A stretch of 64,000 nt of DNA from an uncultured Planctomycetales bacterium (GTDB lineage Bacteria > Omnitrophota > Gorgyraeia > Gygaellales > Profunditerraquicolaceae): assembly GCA_964579435.1 (NCBI GenBank), contig CAZOGI010000001.1, positions 157,907-221,906 on the forward strand. The letters run 5' to 3'. Positions 27,422-36,670 of the stretch are shown here, in pieces. The first letter of the stretch is position 1, and each line of letters starts with the position of its first letter. The notes beneath the pieces are model-generated. The model was not told where the DNA came from and did no database searches. It was given only the letters and a program-made list of their open reading frames with translations. The position numbers were made by a program, and so were the translations under genes.

Positions 27422-28945
27422 TCAGAGAACGATCCGATACCAGTCAATCTGAACGCCCGAGAGCTCCTGACGACGCAACAGCTCAAGATGCCCCTGGAAC
27501 GACTCGGGCAGGACAAACGGCTTGTTCAACGGCCGCACCAGCCAGAGGGAGCGGATGCCGCGCAATTGAAGCGGGTCGTGGATCACCTCGGTCATGGCCA
27601 GACACAACCAGCCCGAATCCAACTCCCGGCCCAGCTGCTCCATGCTGATCACCTGGCGGAAGGGACGATCCAGATAATGGAAGATGTTCAGGGTCTCGGA
27701 GACATCGGTCACCGCCACCATATCCGCCGGCCCCAGGCGCTCCCGCAGATAGTCGGCGATCACACGGGCATCGGCCTCGACGGTCAAAGAAGGCCGCCCG
27801 TAGAGCCCGACAAAACGCACGGCGTTGGCGACCAGAATGACTGCGGCGAACGCGACCAGCCAGCGCCGCGCCGGCGGCGGGTAGACACTGTGCGCCCAGG
27901 CGATCAGAAGATAAAAAAAAGCGAAGGCTGTTAAAAAATATGACGGATAGTGCAGGTAGGTGCGTCGCAAGAACGCACCCGCGACCGCAACCAGCACCGG
28001 AATGATCCCAGCCAGAACCATAAGCTGCCGCGGGCGCTGTGCGAGGGCCTGCAGGAAACGCAGCGCCCCGGAACCGGACCAGGCGATTCCCCGTAGCGCG
28101 GTACGCCTCAAAAAGAGCGCTCCTACAAAAACACCGATAAACCAAAGGCGCGTGGACCAATGGTTCGCATACAGAAGGAGCAGCTCCCAGAGGGCCGCGG
28201 CAGGACGTACCTCCTGCTGAAAGGCGCGGAAGACGTAGGGGTAAAAACGGTATTTCAGCGCCACCGCCGTCGTGATCCCCATGAGCCCGAAAAGCGAGAC
28301 GGCGATGAGCAGGCGCCGGAAGGGCCGGGAAACGGCGCCGGGGACCAAACAAACCCCCAGCTGTAGCAGCAGCAGGAAAACCCCGAAATAGTGCAGCCAA
28401 ACCGATAGCAGCAGGAAAAACGCGCAGAGATACCGGTAAACCCGCCGGGGATGAGAGAGCGAAAGGAAGAAATAATACATCGTCCCCAGGGACACAACGG
28501 TCCAGATGCTGTAGACGCGCGCCTCGCTCGATAAATAGATGAACCGTTCCGAGCAGGCGATCATCAGGCAGGTCAGGACCCCGACCGCAGGACTAAAAAG
28601 CCGGCTGCCGAGCCGGTAACTTACCCACATGATCCCCACGCCGCTCAGGAGAGAGAAGAACCGCGGCAGGAATTGCCAGAAGAGCGCCCCGCCCAGGAGC
28701 TTTAGGAGAATGAAGTACAGCGGGGGCATCATGTCGCAGGAAGAGAAGAACCGCTCGAACATCTCGAACCAGGGGAGGCGGATGAACGAGAAGGTAAGGG
28801 CCTCGTCGAAATTAAAAGGCCGCAGCAGCATAACGACGCAGCGCAGCGCAGTGCCGAAAACGATTATGGCGAGGGCAAGACGGGAGCAACGTGCAGCTAT
28901 CGTATCGGGGGGGCGAGGGGAAAAAGAAGCATCCCGGTTGTTCAT
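27422..28945 (-). CDS. GT-C fold membrane glycosyltransferase (ArnT/PMT-like)
   Basis: About 11 predicted TM helices with a soluble C-terminal domain. The early-loop motif is FNFDEALTF (DE-containing). 507 aa. Confidence 0.7.
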   Translation of the reverse strand: MNNRDASFSPRPPDTIAARCSRLALAIIVFGTALRCVVMLLRPFNFDEALTFSFIRLPWFEMFERFFSSCDMMPPLYFILLKLLGGALFWQFLPRFFSLLSGVGIMWVSYRLGSRLFSPAVGVLTCLMIACSERFIYLSSEARVYSIWTVVSLGTMYYFFLSLSHPRRVYRYLCAFFLLLSVWLHYFGVFLLLLQLGVCLVPGAVSRPFRRLLIAVSLFGLMGITTAVALKYRFYPYVFRAFQQEVRPAAALWELLLLYANHWSTRLWFIGVFVGALFLRRTALRGIAWSGSGALRFLQALAQRPRQLMVLAGIIPVLVAVAGAFLRRTYLHYPSYFLTAFAFFYLLIAWAHSVYPPPARRWLVAFAAVILVANAVRFVGLYGRPSLTVEADARVIADYLRERLGPADMVAVTDVSETLNIFHYLDRPFRQVISMEQLGRELDSGWLCLAMTEVIHDPLQLRGIRSLWLVRPLNKPFVLPESFQGHLELLRRQELSGVQIDWYRIVL

Positions 28946-30984
28946 GTCGGCCGTTCGGTACGCACCTGCGCCCCAAACCGGTGCGTCAGAAACGCCTGAA
29001 CCTGCTGACAGAGCGGGGTGATTTCATCCTCGGTCAGGGTGCGCTCGCTGCTGCGGAATTCCAGCGAGAACGTAAGCGCCCGCATTCCCGCGGGAACCCA
29101 GCCCCCGGCAAAATGATCCGTGAGTCGCGCCTGCCGCAGGAGCGCGACGCGCTCTCCCATGAGCTCCCGGATCATCTCCTGAGCGCTGACCGACTCAGCG
29201 ACGCAGAGGGTAAGATCGCGCTGGATCGCGGGAAAACGCGGCAGGGGCTGGAACCGAACTGCGGCCGCGGCCCCGAGCAGCGGCTGCAGATTCAGTTCGG
29301 CCAAAAACACCTGCTGGGCCTTGATCGCATAGGCGGCCAGGACCTCCGGGGAAACCGCGCGCATGCTGCCGATGGCGCCCCCCTGCACCAGGATGGCGGC
29401 CTGGGGCTGCATCTGGTCGAAGGAAAACGCGTATTCCCGGACCCCCAGATGCCTGAACAATTCCTCGAGGATCCCCTTCAGATGCAGCACGCTCGCCGGC
29501 TCACGCATCGCGCCCCGGGGAGAAAAAAAACATTTCTGGCCACACAGCGCGATCCCCAAATGCAGCTCCTCAACACACCGGCGCTGGCGCACGAAAAAAG
29601 TCCGGGCGATTTCGAACAAACCGACAAAGGATTGCTGCTGATTCAGGTTTGCGCGGATGCTGCGCAAAAGCCCCGGCGCCAGAATCGGGCGCAGCACCTC
29701 CTGCTCCGCGCTCAAAGGGTTCTGCACCTCCAAAAGCGTTTCCCCGTCCGGCCACAGACCCGCCAAGGATTTCTTGTCGACGAGGCTGACGGTTATCGCC
29801 TCGGTCAAGCCAAGCCCGGCCAAGAGCTGCTTCGTGCGGCTGACTGCCGGGCGTATCCCCTGCGGCAAGAGGCGCGGGCGCGTCGCCGGTATCGTCGTCG
29901 GGATGCGTTCGTATCCGTAGATGCGCGCCACCTCTTCGATAATATCTGCCTCCTGGGAGACGTCGAGGCGGAACGCCGGGACGCGCACGCGCATATTCTT
30001 GCCCGCCCCGCGCACGGCAAACCCCAGCCGTTGCAGTATCCGCTGCGTCTGTGCACGCGCAACCGCAACTCCCAGCGCCTGGTCGACGTGTTGCGTCGAC
30101 ACGGGAATGCTTCTCCCCCGGCGGTGCCGAAGCGGCGTCAAGGAGCAGGAGGCCAGGCGCGCACCCGCCCATCGACACAGCAATCCCGCAGCCAGCCCGG
30201 CTGCCCAGCGCGCCGTTTCAACGGCAACGCCGCGCTCGAAACGGTAGGAGGCGTCGCTGTTCATACCGAGCCTCTGGCGGCCGCAGCGCACCAGCGCCGG
30301 ATTAAAAACCGCAGCCTCCAGAACGAGCGCGGTCGTCGCGGCGGTTATTTCGGTTTGCCTGCCGCCCATCACGCCGGCGACCGCTACCGGACGTGCGCGG
30401 TCAGCGATAACCAGGATCTCTGGCCCCAGCGCCCGCTCCTGTCCATCGATGGTCGTGAGACGCTCGCCGGGACGCGCCCGTCGCACGGCGATAGTGTCGG
30501 TCCCCAAGGCCGCGGCATCAAACGCATGCAGCGGGGCGCCCAGGCCAAAAAGGATATAGTTGGTGATGTCGACGATGTTGTTGATGCTGCGGCAGCCGAT
30601 GCGCTCCAGGCGCTCCTGCATCCAGGAAGGCGCCGGGCAGACTTTCGCGTCGAGGAAGACCTGGGCCGAATAAAACGGGCAATCGCGCACGCTCTCGATC
30701 GCCAGCCGCAACGGCTTGCCTGCGCGCGCCGTCTTTGCCAGCGGCCTGCCCGGCGCGCCGAAACGCAGCGGTTCTCCGGTCAGCGCCGAAACTTCGCGCG
30801 CGACGCCGCAGACGCTCAACCAGTCGGGCCGGTTAGACGTTATCTCGATCTCAAAGATCCAGTCCGTTCCGGCGCGCTCCAGCCCTTTGACCTCCAGCCC
30901 CGCCATGGTCAGGCGCTCGGCAAGCTCCTCGGGAGGCAGGGTCAGCCGCACAAATTCGCCAAGCCACTCGTAAGAGATCTTCAT
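28942..30984 (-). CDS. pheT: Phenylalanyl-tRNA synthetase beta subunit (short form lacking the N-terminal OB tRNA-binding domain)
   Basis: MKISYEWLGEFV..., B3/4 and B5 regions, and a C-terminal FDX-ACB-like end. It is 680 aa, against about 795 aa in E. coli. Confidence 0.92.
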   Translation of the reverse strand: MKISYEWLGEFVRLTLPPEELAERLTMAGLEVKGLERAGTDWIFEIEITSNRPDWLSVCGVAREVSALTGEPLRFGAPGRPLAKTARAGKPLRLAIESVRDCPFYSAQVFLDAKVCPAPSWMQERLERIGCRSINNIVDITNYILFGLGAPLHAFDAAALGTDTIAVRRARPGERLTTIDGQERALGPEILVIADRARPVAVAGVMGGRQTEITAATTALVLEAAVFNPALVRCGRQRLGMNSDASYRFERGVAVETARWAAGLAAGLLCRWAGARLASCSLTPLRHRRGRSIPVSTQHVDQALGVAVARAQTQRILQRLGFAVRGAGKNMRVRVPAFRLDVSQEADIIEEVARIYGYERIPTTIPATRPRLLPQGIRPAVSRTKQLLAGLGLTEAITVSLVDKKSLAGLWPDGETLLEVQNPLSAEQEVLRPILAPGLLRSIRANLNQQQSFVGLFEIARTFFVRQRRCVEELHLGIALCGQKCFFSPRGAMREPASVLHLKGILEELFRHLGVREYAFSFDQMQPQAAILVQGGAIGSMRAVSPEVLAAYAIKAQQVFLAELNLQPLLGAAAAVRFQPLPRFPAIQRDLTLCVAESVSAQEMIRELMGERVALLRQARLTDHFAGGWVPAGMRALTFSLEFRSSERTLTEDEITPLCQQVQAFLTHRFGAQVRTERPT

Positions 30985-31005
30985 CTGCCCGTTCGCGTAT
31001 CCCGT

Positions 31006-32046
31006 TTAGAATTGGTCAAGGAAACGAAGGTCATTCTCGAAAAAAAGACGGATATCGTCGATGCCGTATTTCAGCATAGCGATGCGCTCCACCCCCATCC
31101 CAAAGGCAAACCCGCTGAACTTCCCCCGGCCGTAGCCGACGGTCTCAAAGACTGCCGGATGAATCATGCCGGCGCCGAGGATCTCCAGCCACCCCTTGCG
31201 GCCGCAGACCGAACAGCCGCGCCCTTTGCAGATGATGCAGGAAATGTCGACTTCCGCAGACGGTTCGGTGAACGGGAAAAAATGCGGACGCAGCCGCATG
31301 CGTATGTCCTCCCCGAAAACCCCCTTTGCAAAAAGCTCCAGCACCCCCTTGAGATCGGCGAACGTGACGGCGCGGTCGACGAGAAACCCCTCGATCTGAT
31401 GGAACATGAACGAATGGCTCGCGTCCACCGCGTCCGGGCGGTAGACCCGCCCGGGAATGACGACGGCCAGAGGAGGCCGGAACTGTTTCATCATCCGCAC
31501 CTGGCCCGGGGAGGTATGACTGCGCAGGAGGAGTCGTTGCGTCTCTCCGGGGCATTTTTCCTGCTTCAGATAAAACGTGTCGAAGGCGTCGCGCGAAGGA
31601 TGCTCCAACGGGATATTCAGCCCGGTAAAATTATTGAATTCGGTTTCCACCTCCGGCGTGTCGGCGACCGAAAAACCCAAGCGTTCGAAAAGCGCGCAGA
31701 TTTCCTCGATCACGGCCGTAATCGGATGGAGTTTGCCGACGCTCGGGGAGACGCCCGGCAGCCCGGCGTATTCCGCAAAACCCCGCGGGGATCCGGCGGA
31801 ACCGGAAAGCGCCGCCGCCTTATGCTCAATCGCCTCCAGCACAAAACGCTTCAAGGCGTTGGTCCGCTGGCCGAACAATCCACGTTCTTCTTTCGGTAGC
31901 CCAGGAATGGCGCCGGTCAGCTCGGCAAGGACGCCTTTGCGCCCGGCATATCTGGCCTTATACGCCTCCAACTCTGCCGGCGTCTTTATGCGCTCGATCT
32001 CTTCGGTTGCGGTTTTTTGAAGAGCTTCAAAATCAACAGAAGACAT
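31006..32046 (-). CDS. pheS: Phenylalanyl-tRNA synthetase alpha subunit
   Basis: Class II motifs LRSHTSPGQVR, GRVYRPD and FAFGMGVERIAMLKYGI. I place the start at ATG 32046 (MSSVDFEALQ). Confidence 0.92.
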   Translation of the reverse strand: MSSVDFEALQKTATEEIERIKTPAELEAYKARYAGRKGVLAELTGAIPGLPKEERGLFGQRTNALKRFVLEAIEHKAAALSGSAGSPRGFAEYAGLPGVSPSVGKLHPITAVIEEICALFERLGFSVADTPEVETEFNNFTGLNIPLEHPSRDAFDTFYLKQEKCPGETQRLLLRSHTSPGQVRMMKQFRPPLAVVIPGRVYRPDAVDASHSFMFHQIEGFLVDRAVTFADLKGVLELFAKGVFGEDIRMRLRPHFFPFTEPSAEVDISCIICKGRGCSVCGRKGWLEILGAGMIHPAVFETVGYGRGKFSGFAFGMGVERIAMLKYGIDDIRLFFENDLRFLDQF

Positions 32047-32489
32047 ATCCCTCCCGCTAAAACAAAAACCAATCGCTTCTTTTCTTCGCTCGGTTTTTCG
32101 TTGAACGGCCTGCCCGGACGCAGAAGCCGCAGGTGCGTCGCATGGATATCCAAATCCCCCCCGTGCTGCGGACAACTGCGCCTGAACGTCCCGGTCACGG
32201 TCACCCAATCGCCGCGCTGTCGGTAATTGCCCGCGCGGGAGACCGCCGCGGCAAAATCCCGGCTGAGCCAGCAGCCGATCGCGACAGTGCCGTCGTGTAC
32301 GTTGACCCAGGCGTGGTCTCCCCGGACCAGTACTTCGCCGACCACCTCCCCTTCGTAACAGACCGTGGCGCCGTCAAGCGAACGCGCCTCTTTAAGGAGC
32401 GACGCCCCGGTCACAGGCGTCTCAGCCGCAGACACCATGCCGACTCCCCACAGGCAGACCGCCATCAACACCATCCGGCCACGGCGCAT
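31986..32489 (-). CDS. Exported OB-fold-like protein with a C-terminal membrane anchor (hypothetical)
   Basis: Signal peptide MVLMAVCLWGVGMVSAAE, a beta-rich core, and C-terminal LVFVLAGGICLLLILKLF. Its 3' end overlaps pheS by 61 nt. Confidence 0.4.
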   Translation of the reverse strand: MRRGRMVLMAVCLWGVGMVSAAETPVTGASLLKEARSLDGATVCYEGEVVGEVLVRGDHAWVNVHDGTVAIGCWLSRDFAAAVSRAGNYRQRGDWVTVTGTFRRSCPQHGGDLDIHATHLRLLRPGRPFNEKPSEEKKRLVFVLAGGICLLLILKLFKKPQPKRSSA

Positions 32490-32492
32490 ACG

Positions 32493-34061
32493 CTATTTAC
32501 CCCGCAGGAATGCCCACACCACGCCCAGGAGCGTGAAGACCGCCATGAACTCCAGCCTCCCTGCCCACATCTGCAGGATATACGTCAGTTTCAGGGCCGC
32601 CGGCATCCCCGGCTCGGTAATCCCCATGGAAAGACCGACGTTGGCGGCAGCCGAGGTCGACTCAAACAACGACGCAAGGAACGGATAGCCGCAGAGCATC
32701 CCGGCCAGGGCTCCGGCCGCGTACAGACACAGGTACGCGATCGTGATAATACCCGCAGCGCGGACCATTTTATCCTCAAGGAAAACGTCCTTGATATGAT
32801 GGATGCGCTCGGCGAAAATCGCGTGCTCGCTCAGGAGAATGCGTTTTATATCCTGTTTGAAGGCCTTGACCAGAACACCGATGCGCAGCATCTTGATCGC
32901 GCCCGTCGTCGAACAGAGGCCGCCGCCCAGGGCCATCGCCCCCACCAGTCCCACCAGCGCCAGATCCCCCCATTCATGGACGAACTGAGGAGAATAGACC
33001 GTAGAAAAACCGGTGCCGGTATGGCCGGAAAGGAGCTGGTAAAATCCTTTGCGGAACAAAAGCCCCGTCGCCGAATACGTTTGATCCATGCGCAACCCCG
33101 CGGTAACGACTGCGGCCAAAAACAGGACGGAAATGCCGAAGGCCACTGTTTCGATGTTGCGCCAGAGCTCGCGCCGGTCTCCGGTCCATACCTTATAATG
33201 GAGGCGGAAATTAAGCGCGCCCAAAATCATGATCACCGCCGTCGTCAACTCCATCCCCAGGCTGTGATAGTAGAGGACGCTCTGCGACTGCGGCGCAAAC
33301 CCGCCGGTATCGAACGCCGCCATAAAGAGACACGCCCCGTGAAAGAAGGCCAACGCCGGACGTTGCCCGCAGCGCATGCCGGCCACGGCAAGGGCCAGGG
33401 TCCCCAGGAGCAGAAAAACGAAACTGACCAGCCAGATGAACCGCGCGGTATGCAGGACATTCGGCAGCACCCGTTCGTCCCGGCCTTCCCCGACATACAT
33501 CTTGAATCCGCCGGCCATGCCTTTGACAAAAAGGGAGAGACCGATGATCGCGATCCCCTGCCCGCCGATGAACATGGTGAGATGTCGCCAGAGGTTATGG
33601 CTCAAGGAGAGGTGGTCCAAATCCTGGGCGAGCGATAACCCGGTGGTGGCAAACCCGGACATCGCCTCGAAGCAGGCATCCAGGAACGAACCGAAATGTC
33701 CGCTCAGATATAACGGGATCGCGCCAAAGATCATAGCCAGGATCCAGGCGAGCGCCACCACGACCATTCCCTGCATCCAGGACAGATCTCTCGAACGCCC
33801 GCATAAAACGGTCAGCAGGAGGCCGGCAAGAACGGCCGACTCGATGCCGACGCAAAAATCCATCGCCGGATTCGTCTCCCCGGCGGCGAGGGCAACGAAC
33901 AAGGGCACGGCCATCGAGACGCCGAGGGCCAGGAGCATCCTGCCCAGGAAGTAGCCGCACGTGCTCACCTCGGCCAGCTTCGGGCGCAGGATCACGGCAA
34001 CCACCTCAAGAGAATACAGACCGCCCATCCGCCGGCGATGAGCGCCAGGGCGTATGCGCAT
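32493..34061 (-). CDS. trkH: Trk/Ktr-type potassium transporter membrane subunit
   Basis: A multi-pass membrane protein with repeated pore-loop motifs (SGFATTGLS, AAFDTGGF, SGHTGTGFS, SAAANVGLS). An alternative start is ATG 34028. Confidence 0.85.
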   Translation of the reverse strand: MRIRPGAHRRRMGGLYSLEVVAVILRPKLAEVSTCGYFLGRMLLALGVSMAVPLFVALAAGETNPAMDFCVGIESAVLAGLLLTVLCGRSRDLSWMQGMVVVALAWILAMIFGAIPLYLSGHFGSFLDACFEAMSGFATTGLSLAQDLDHLSLSHNLWRHLTMFIGGQGIAIIGLSLFVKGMAGGFKMYVGEGRDERVLPNVLHTARFIWLVSFVFLLLGTLALAVAGMRCGQRPALAFFHGACLFMAAFDTGGFAPQSQSVLYYHSLGMELTTAVIMILGALNFRLHYKVWTGDRRELWRNIETVAFGISVLFLAAVVTAGLRMDQTYSATGLLFRKGFYQLLSGHTGTGFSTVYSPQFVHEWGDLALVGLVGAMALGGGLCSTTGAIKMLRIGVLVKAFKQDIKRILLSEHAIFAERIHHIKDVFLEDKMVRAAGIITIAYLCLYAAGALAGMLCGYPFLASLFESTSAAANVGLSMGITEPGMPAALKLTYILQMWAGRLEFMAVFTLLGVVWAFLRGK

Positions 34062-34104
34062 TCGGCCGCAATGCCCAAAAACGCCTGGGCCAGGGTCTGC
34101 TTTC

Positions 34105-34767
34105 TCATAGTTTCCCGACGAGAAGCTGCAGGAGCTGCGGCTCGTTGCCGATCAGGGTCAGGGCGATCACGTCGTCCCCGGGCTTGAAAACGGTGTTGCC
34201 TTTCGGCACAATAACCTCTTCGCCGCGCAGGATCGAAATCAGAACCGAATTCTCCGGCCAGCGGATCTCCTGGACCTGACGGTTAATGACCGCCGCCTCC
34301 AGAGGCAAATCGACGCGCACGATCGCCAGCTTACCGCGCTTGAAGCTCATCAAATTGACGAAATCGGAGAACGAAACCTCCTCCTCGATCACCTTGGCGA
34401 TGATCATGGTGGAGTCGACCGGAACGTCGATCCCCAGCTGGGAAAAGGTGTGCTCGTTATCGGGATCGTTGACCCTGCCGACGGTGCGCCGGATGCGGAA
34501 GCGCTCCTTGGCGAGCTGGCAGATGATCAGATTATCCTCGTCGTCACCGGTCACTGCCGCAAGAACATCCGCGCGCTCCGCCCCCGCCTGCTCCAGGATA
34601 TGCGGATCGCACCCGTCGCCCCGGATTACCGTCACCTCTAACTGGCGGGCGAGCTCTTCGCAAATCTTGCGGTCTTTGTCGACGAGAACGATGGTATGTT
34701 TGTGGGCGCAGAGGCGTTTGGCGAGGAAAAAACCGATCTTGCCTGCTCCGACGATTATCAGATACAT
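34105..34767 (-). CDS. trkA: TrkA/KtrA-type RCK regulatory subunit
   Basis: MYLIIVGAGKIGFFLAKRL (Rossmann GxGxxG) plus a TrkA-C domain. Confidence 0.85.
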   Translation of the reverse strand: MYLIIVGAGKIGFFLAKRLCAHKHTIVLVDKDRKICEELARQLEVTVIRGDGCDPHILEQAGAERADVLAAVTGDDEDNLIICQLAKERFRIRRTVGRVNDPDNEHTFSQLGIDVPVDSTMIIAKVIEEEVSFSDFVNLMSFKRGKLAIVRVDLPLEAAVINRQVQEIRWPENSVLISILRGEEVIVPKGNTVFKPGDDVIALTLIGNEPQLLQLLVGKL

Positions 34768-34786
34768 ACGCGCCTTCTCCCCGAAG

Positions 34787-35431
34787 CTACAGATCGAACA
34801 GCTGTCTGATGCGCGGCAGGCTTGCCACCTTGACCGCGGCTAAAAGGACGTCTTTCTCCTTAAGGACCGAGGTGGGAGCGGGAAGGAAATCGCCCGACGG
34901 GCGGCGGATGGCCACGACCATCAACTCCTGCGGGAGGTTCAGCTCCTGCACCGCCTTGCCGATCAGGCCCTTTTTGACCTCGATCTCGATGACCCCCAGA
35001 TCCTTCGTTTCGATGAGCGAACTGGAAAAGCGGCTTTCGATGATCTTGTCGCGCAACATCGCGGCGAAAAGAACCGTCCCGCTGATGATGTCGAGCCCGA
35101 GAGCGGCATAGATGTGGGCGCGCTGCGGGTCATACACGCGCGCAATGACCTTGGGCACGCTGAAGATTTTCTTGGCGACCTGCGCCGAGATAAGGTTGGT
35201 GTTGTCGCCGTTGGTGACCGCGCAGAAGGCGTCCGCCTTTTCGATGCCGGCAAGCTTCAGCAGCTCAAGACTGAATCCGTTGCCGACGAACGTCAAGCCG
35301 TTGAATGCGCTGCCGAGCCGGTCGAAAGCGTCGGCGTTCTTGTCGATAACGACGACGTTATGCTCCTCGCTGGAGAGGAGTTTGGCCAGCTCCGACCCCA
35401 CCCGTCCACATCCGACGATGATGACGTACAT
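34787..35431 (-). CDS. Second TrkA/KtrA-type RCK regulatory subunit
   Basis: MYVIIVGCGRVGSELAKLL plus a TrkA-C domain; paralogue of the adjacent gene. Confidence 0.85.
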   Translation of the reverse strand: MYVIIVGCGRVGSELAKLLSSEEHNVVVIDKNADAFDRLGSAFNGLTFVGNGFSLELLKLAGIEKADAFCAVTNGDNTNLISAQVAKKIFSVPKVIARVYDPQRAHIYAALGLDIISGTVLFAAMLRDKIIESRFSSSLIETKDLGVIEIEVKKGLIGKAVQELNLPQELMVVAIRRPSGDFLPAPTSVLKEKDVLLAAVKVASLPRIRQLFDL

Positions 35432-35445
35432 GCCCGCGCCTCTTT

Positions 35446-35805
35446 TTAGCGGCCTGCTCGCTTCCCGGTCAAAGCGATAATCTTGGCGAATACCTGCGGC
35501 TCGCGCACCGCCAGGTCTGCGAGCATCTTACGGTCGAGGGTCACCTGCGCTTTTTTCAAACCGCTCAGGAATGCGCTGTAGGTAATGCCGGCGGCGCGGC
35601 AGGCGGCATTGATACGCACCACCCAGAGAGAGCGCATATCGCGCTTCTTGACCTTGCGGTCGCGGTAGGCGTAGACCTGCGCATGCAGGAGCGCGCGGCG
35701 CGCCTGCTGGAACTGTTTGCTGCGGTCCCCCCAAAATCCCTTCGTCCGGCGCAACAATCGTTTTTTGCGCCGCCGTGTCGCTACACTATGCTTGATTTTT
35801 GCCAT
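35446..35805 (-). CDS. rplT: 50S ribosomal protein L20
   Basis: [16 protein letters not shown]...[23 protein letters not shown]. Confidence 0.95.
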   Translation of the reverse strand: MAKIKHSVATRRRKKRLLRRTKGFWGDRSKQFQQARRALLHAQVYAYRDRKVKKRDMRSLWVVRINAACRAAGITYSAFLSGLKKAQVTLDRKMLADLAVREPQVFAKIIALTGKRAGR

Positions 35806-35873
35806 GGAGAAACTCCTTATCCGCGCTCTCTGGTACCTGCCGTCGGTGATGGCGCGCGGTCGACACCGATCCT

Positions 35874-36074
35874 TTAGCCGTGCGGAAGCATCCGCCTCAG
35901 GAACTGTGCGGTCTTGGCCGCACGGACCGTTTTTCCGCGGCGCAGCCTCCGCAGCCGCTTCGTGGTCTTGCTCGAGAGCAAATGGCTCTTGCCGCAGGCG
36001 CCGTATTTAACCTTCCGCTTCTTTGTCAAACGGAACCGTTTTGCAACACCTTTTTTTGTCTTTAAGCCTGGCAT
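35874..36074 (-). CDS. rpmI: 50S ribosomal protein L35
   Basis: [24 protein letters not shown]...[15 protein letters not shown]; 66 aa. Confidence 0.93.
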   Translation of the reverse strand: MPGLKTKKGVAKRFRLTKKRKVKYGACGKSHLLSSKTTKRLRRLRRGKTVRAAKTAQFLRRMLPHG

Positions 36075-36102
36075 ATCGTTCCCCTTGCGTACCGACCGTC
36101 CT

Positions 36103-36609
36103 CTATTTCGGCCCGATCACGAATGACATGATCCGGCCTTCCAGGGAAGGTTCTTTTTCGACCTGCCCGTGATTCTGCGTGTCCATGATGAATTTATCGA
36201 GAATCTTGCGCCCCAGATCCAGGTGTTCCATCTGGCGGCCGCGAAAGAAAAGGTTAACCTTGACCTTGTCTTTCTTCTCAAGAAACGTCAGCACGTGTTT
36301 CAGTTTCACCTGATAATCGTGCTCGTCGATATTGGGCTTTATACGGATCTCTTTCAGGCGAGTCTGGTGCTGGTGTCTCCGCGCCTCCCGTTCCTTCTTC
36401 TCCTGATCGTATTTGAATTTGCTGAAATCGATGATCCGGCACACCGGCGGCGTTGCCTGCGCGGCAACCTCCACCAGATCCAGCTCGTACTGGTTTGCCA
36501 GTTCCTGGGCCTTGTGCACCGGCATAATCCCCAGCTGATTGCCTTCGGGACCGATCAAGCGAACCTGCGAAGCACGAATGCGATCGTTGACGCGGATGAA
36601 CTTTTTTAT
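36103..36609 (-). CDS. infC: Translation initiation factor IF-3, probable non-canonical AUA start
   Basis: IRVNDRIRASQVRLIGPEGNQLGIM... The SD GGGAGG (36623-36618) lies 8 nt upstream of ATA 36609. The ORF-track ATG at 36714 would overlap thrS and add 35 non-homologous residues. Confidence 0.85.
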   Translation of the reverse strand: MKKFIRVNDRIRASQVRLIGPEGNQLGIMPVHKAQELANQYELDLVEVAAQATPPVCRIIDFSKFKYDQEKKEREARRHQHQTRLKEIRIKPNIDEHDYQVKLKHVLTFLEKKDKVKVNLFFRGRQMEHLDLGRKILDKFIMDTQNHGQVEKEPSLEGRIMSFVIGPK

Positions 36610-36670
36610 AGCAACCACCTCCCTCGCGCCGGAGCCTTCCGACGGCGTCGCCGCGGACGGCAAAGGCGCT

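Noticed and set aside
28891-31899. A 1,002-aa plus-strand ORF, and many other long ORFs antisense or out of frame to recognised genes. Examples: 1135-2550 +, 3680-4918 +, 9948-11372 +, 17816-19192 +, 32133-33638 +, 51359-53038 -, 58880-59821 -, 62546-63493 -.
   Set aside because: They overlap confidently identified genes (pheT/pheS, dxs, gyrA and others). They have Arg/Pro/Gly/Ala-rich low-complexity translations typical of shadow ORFs in high-GC DNA, and no recognisable motifs.
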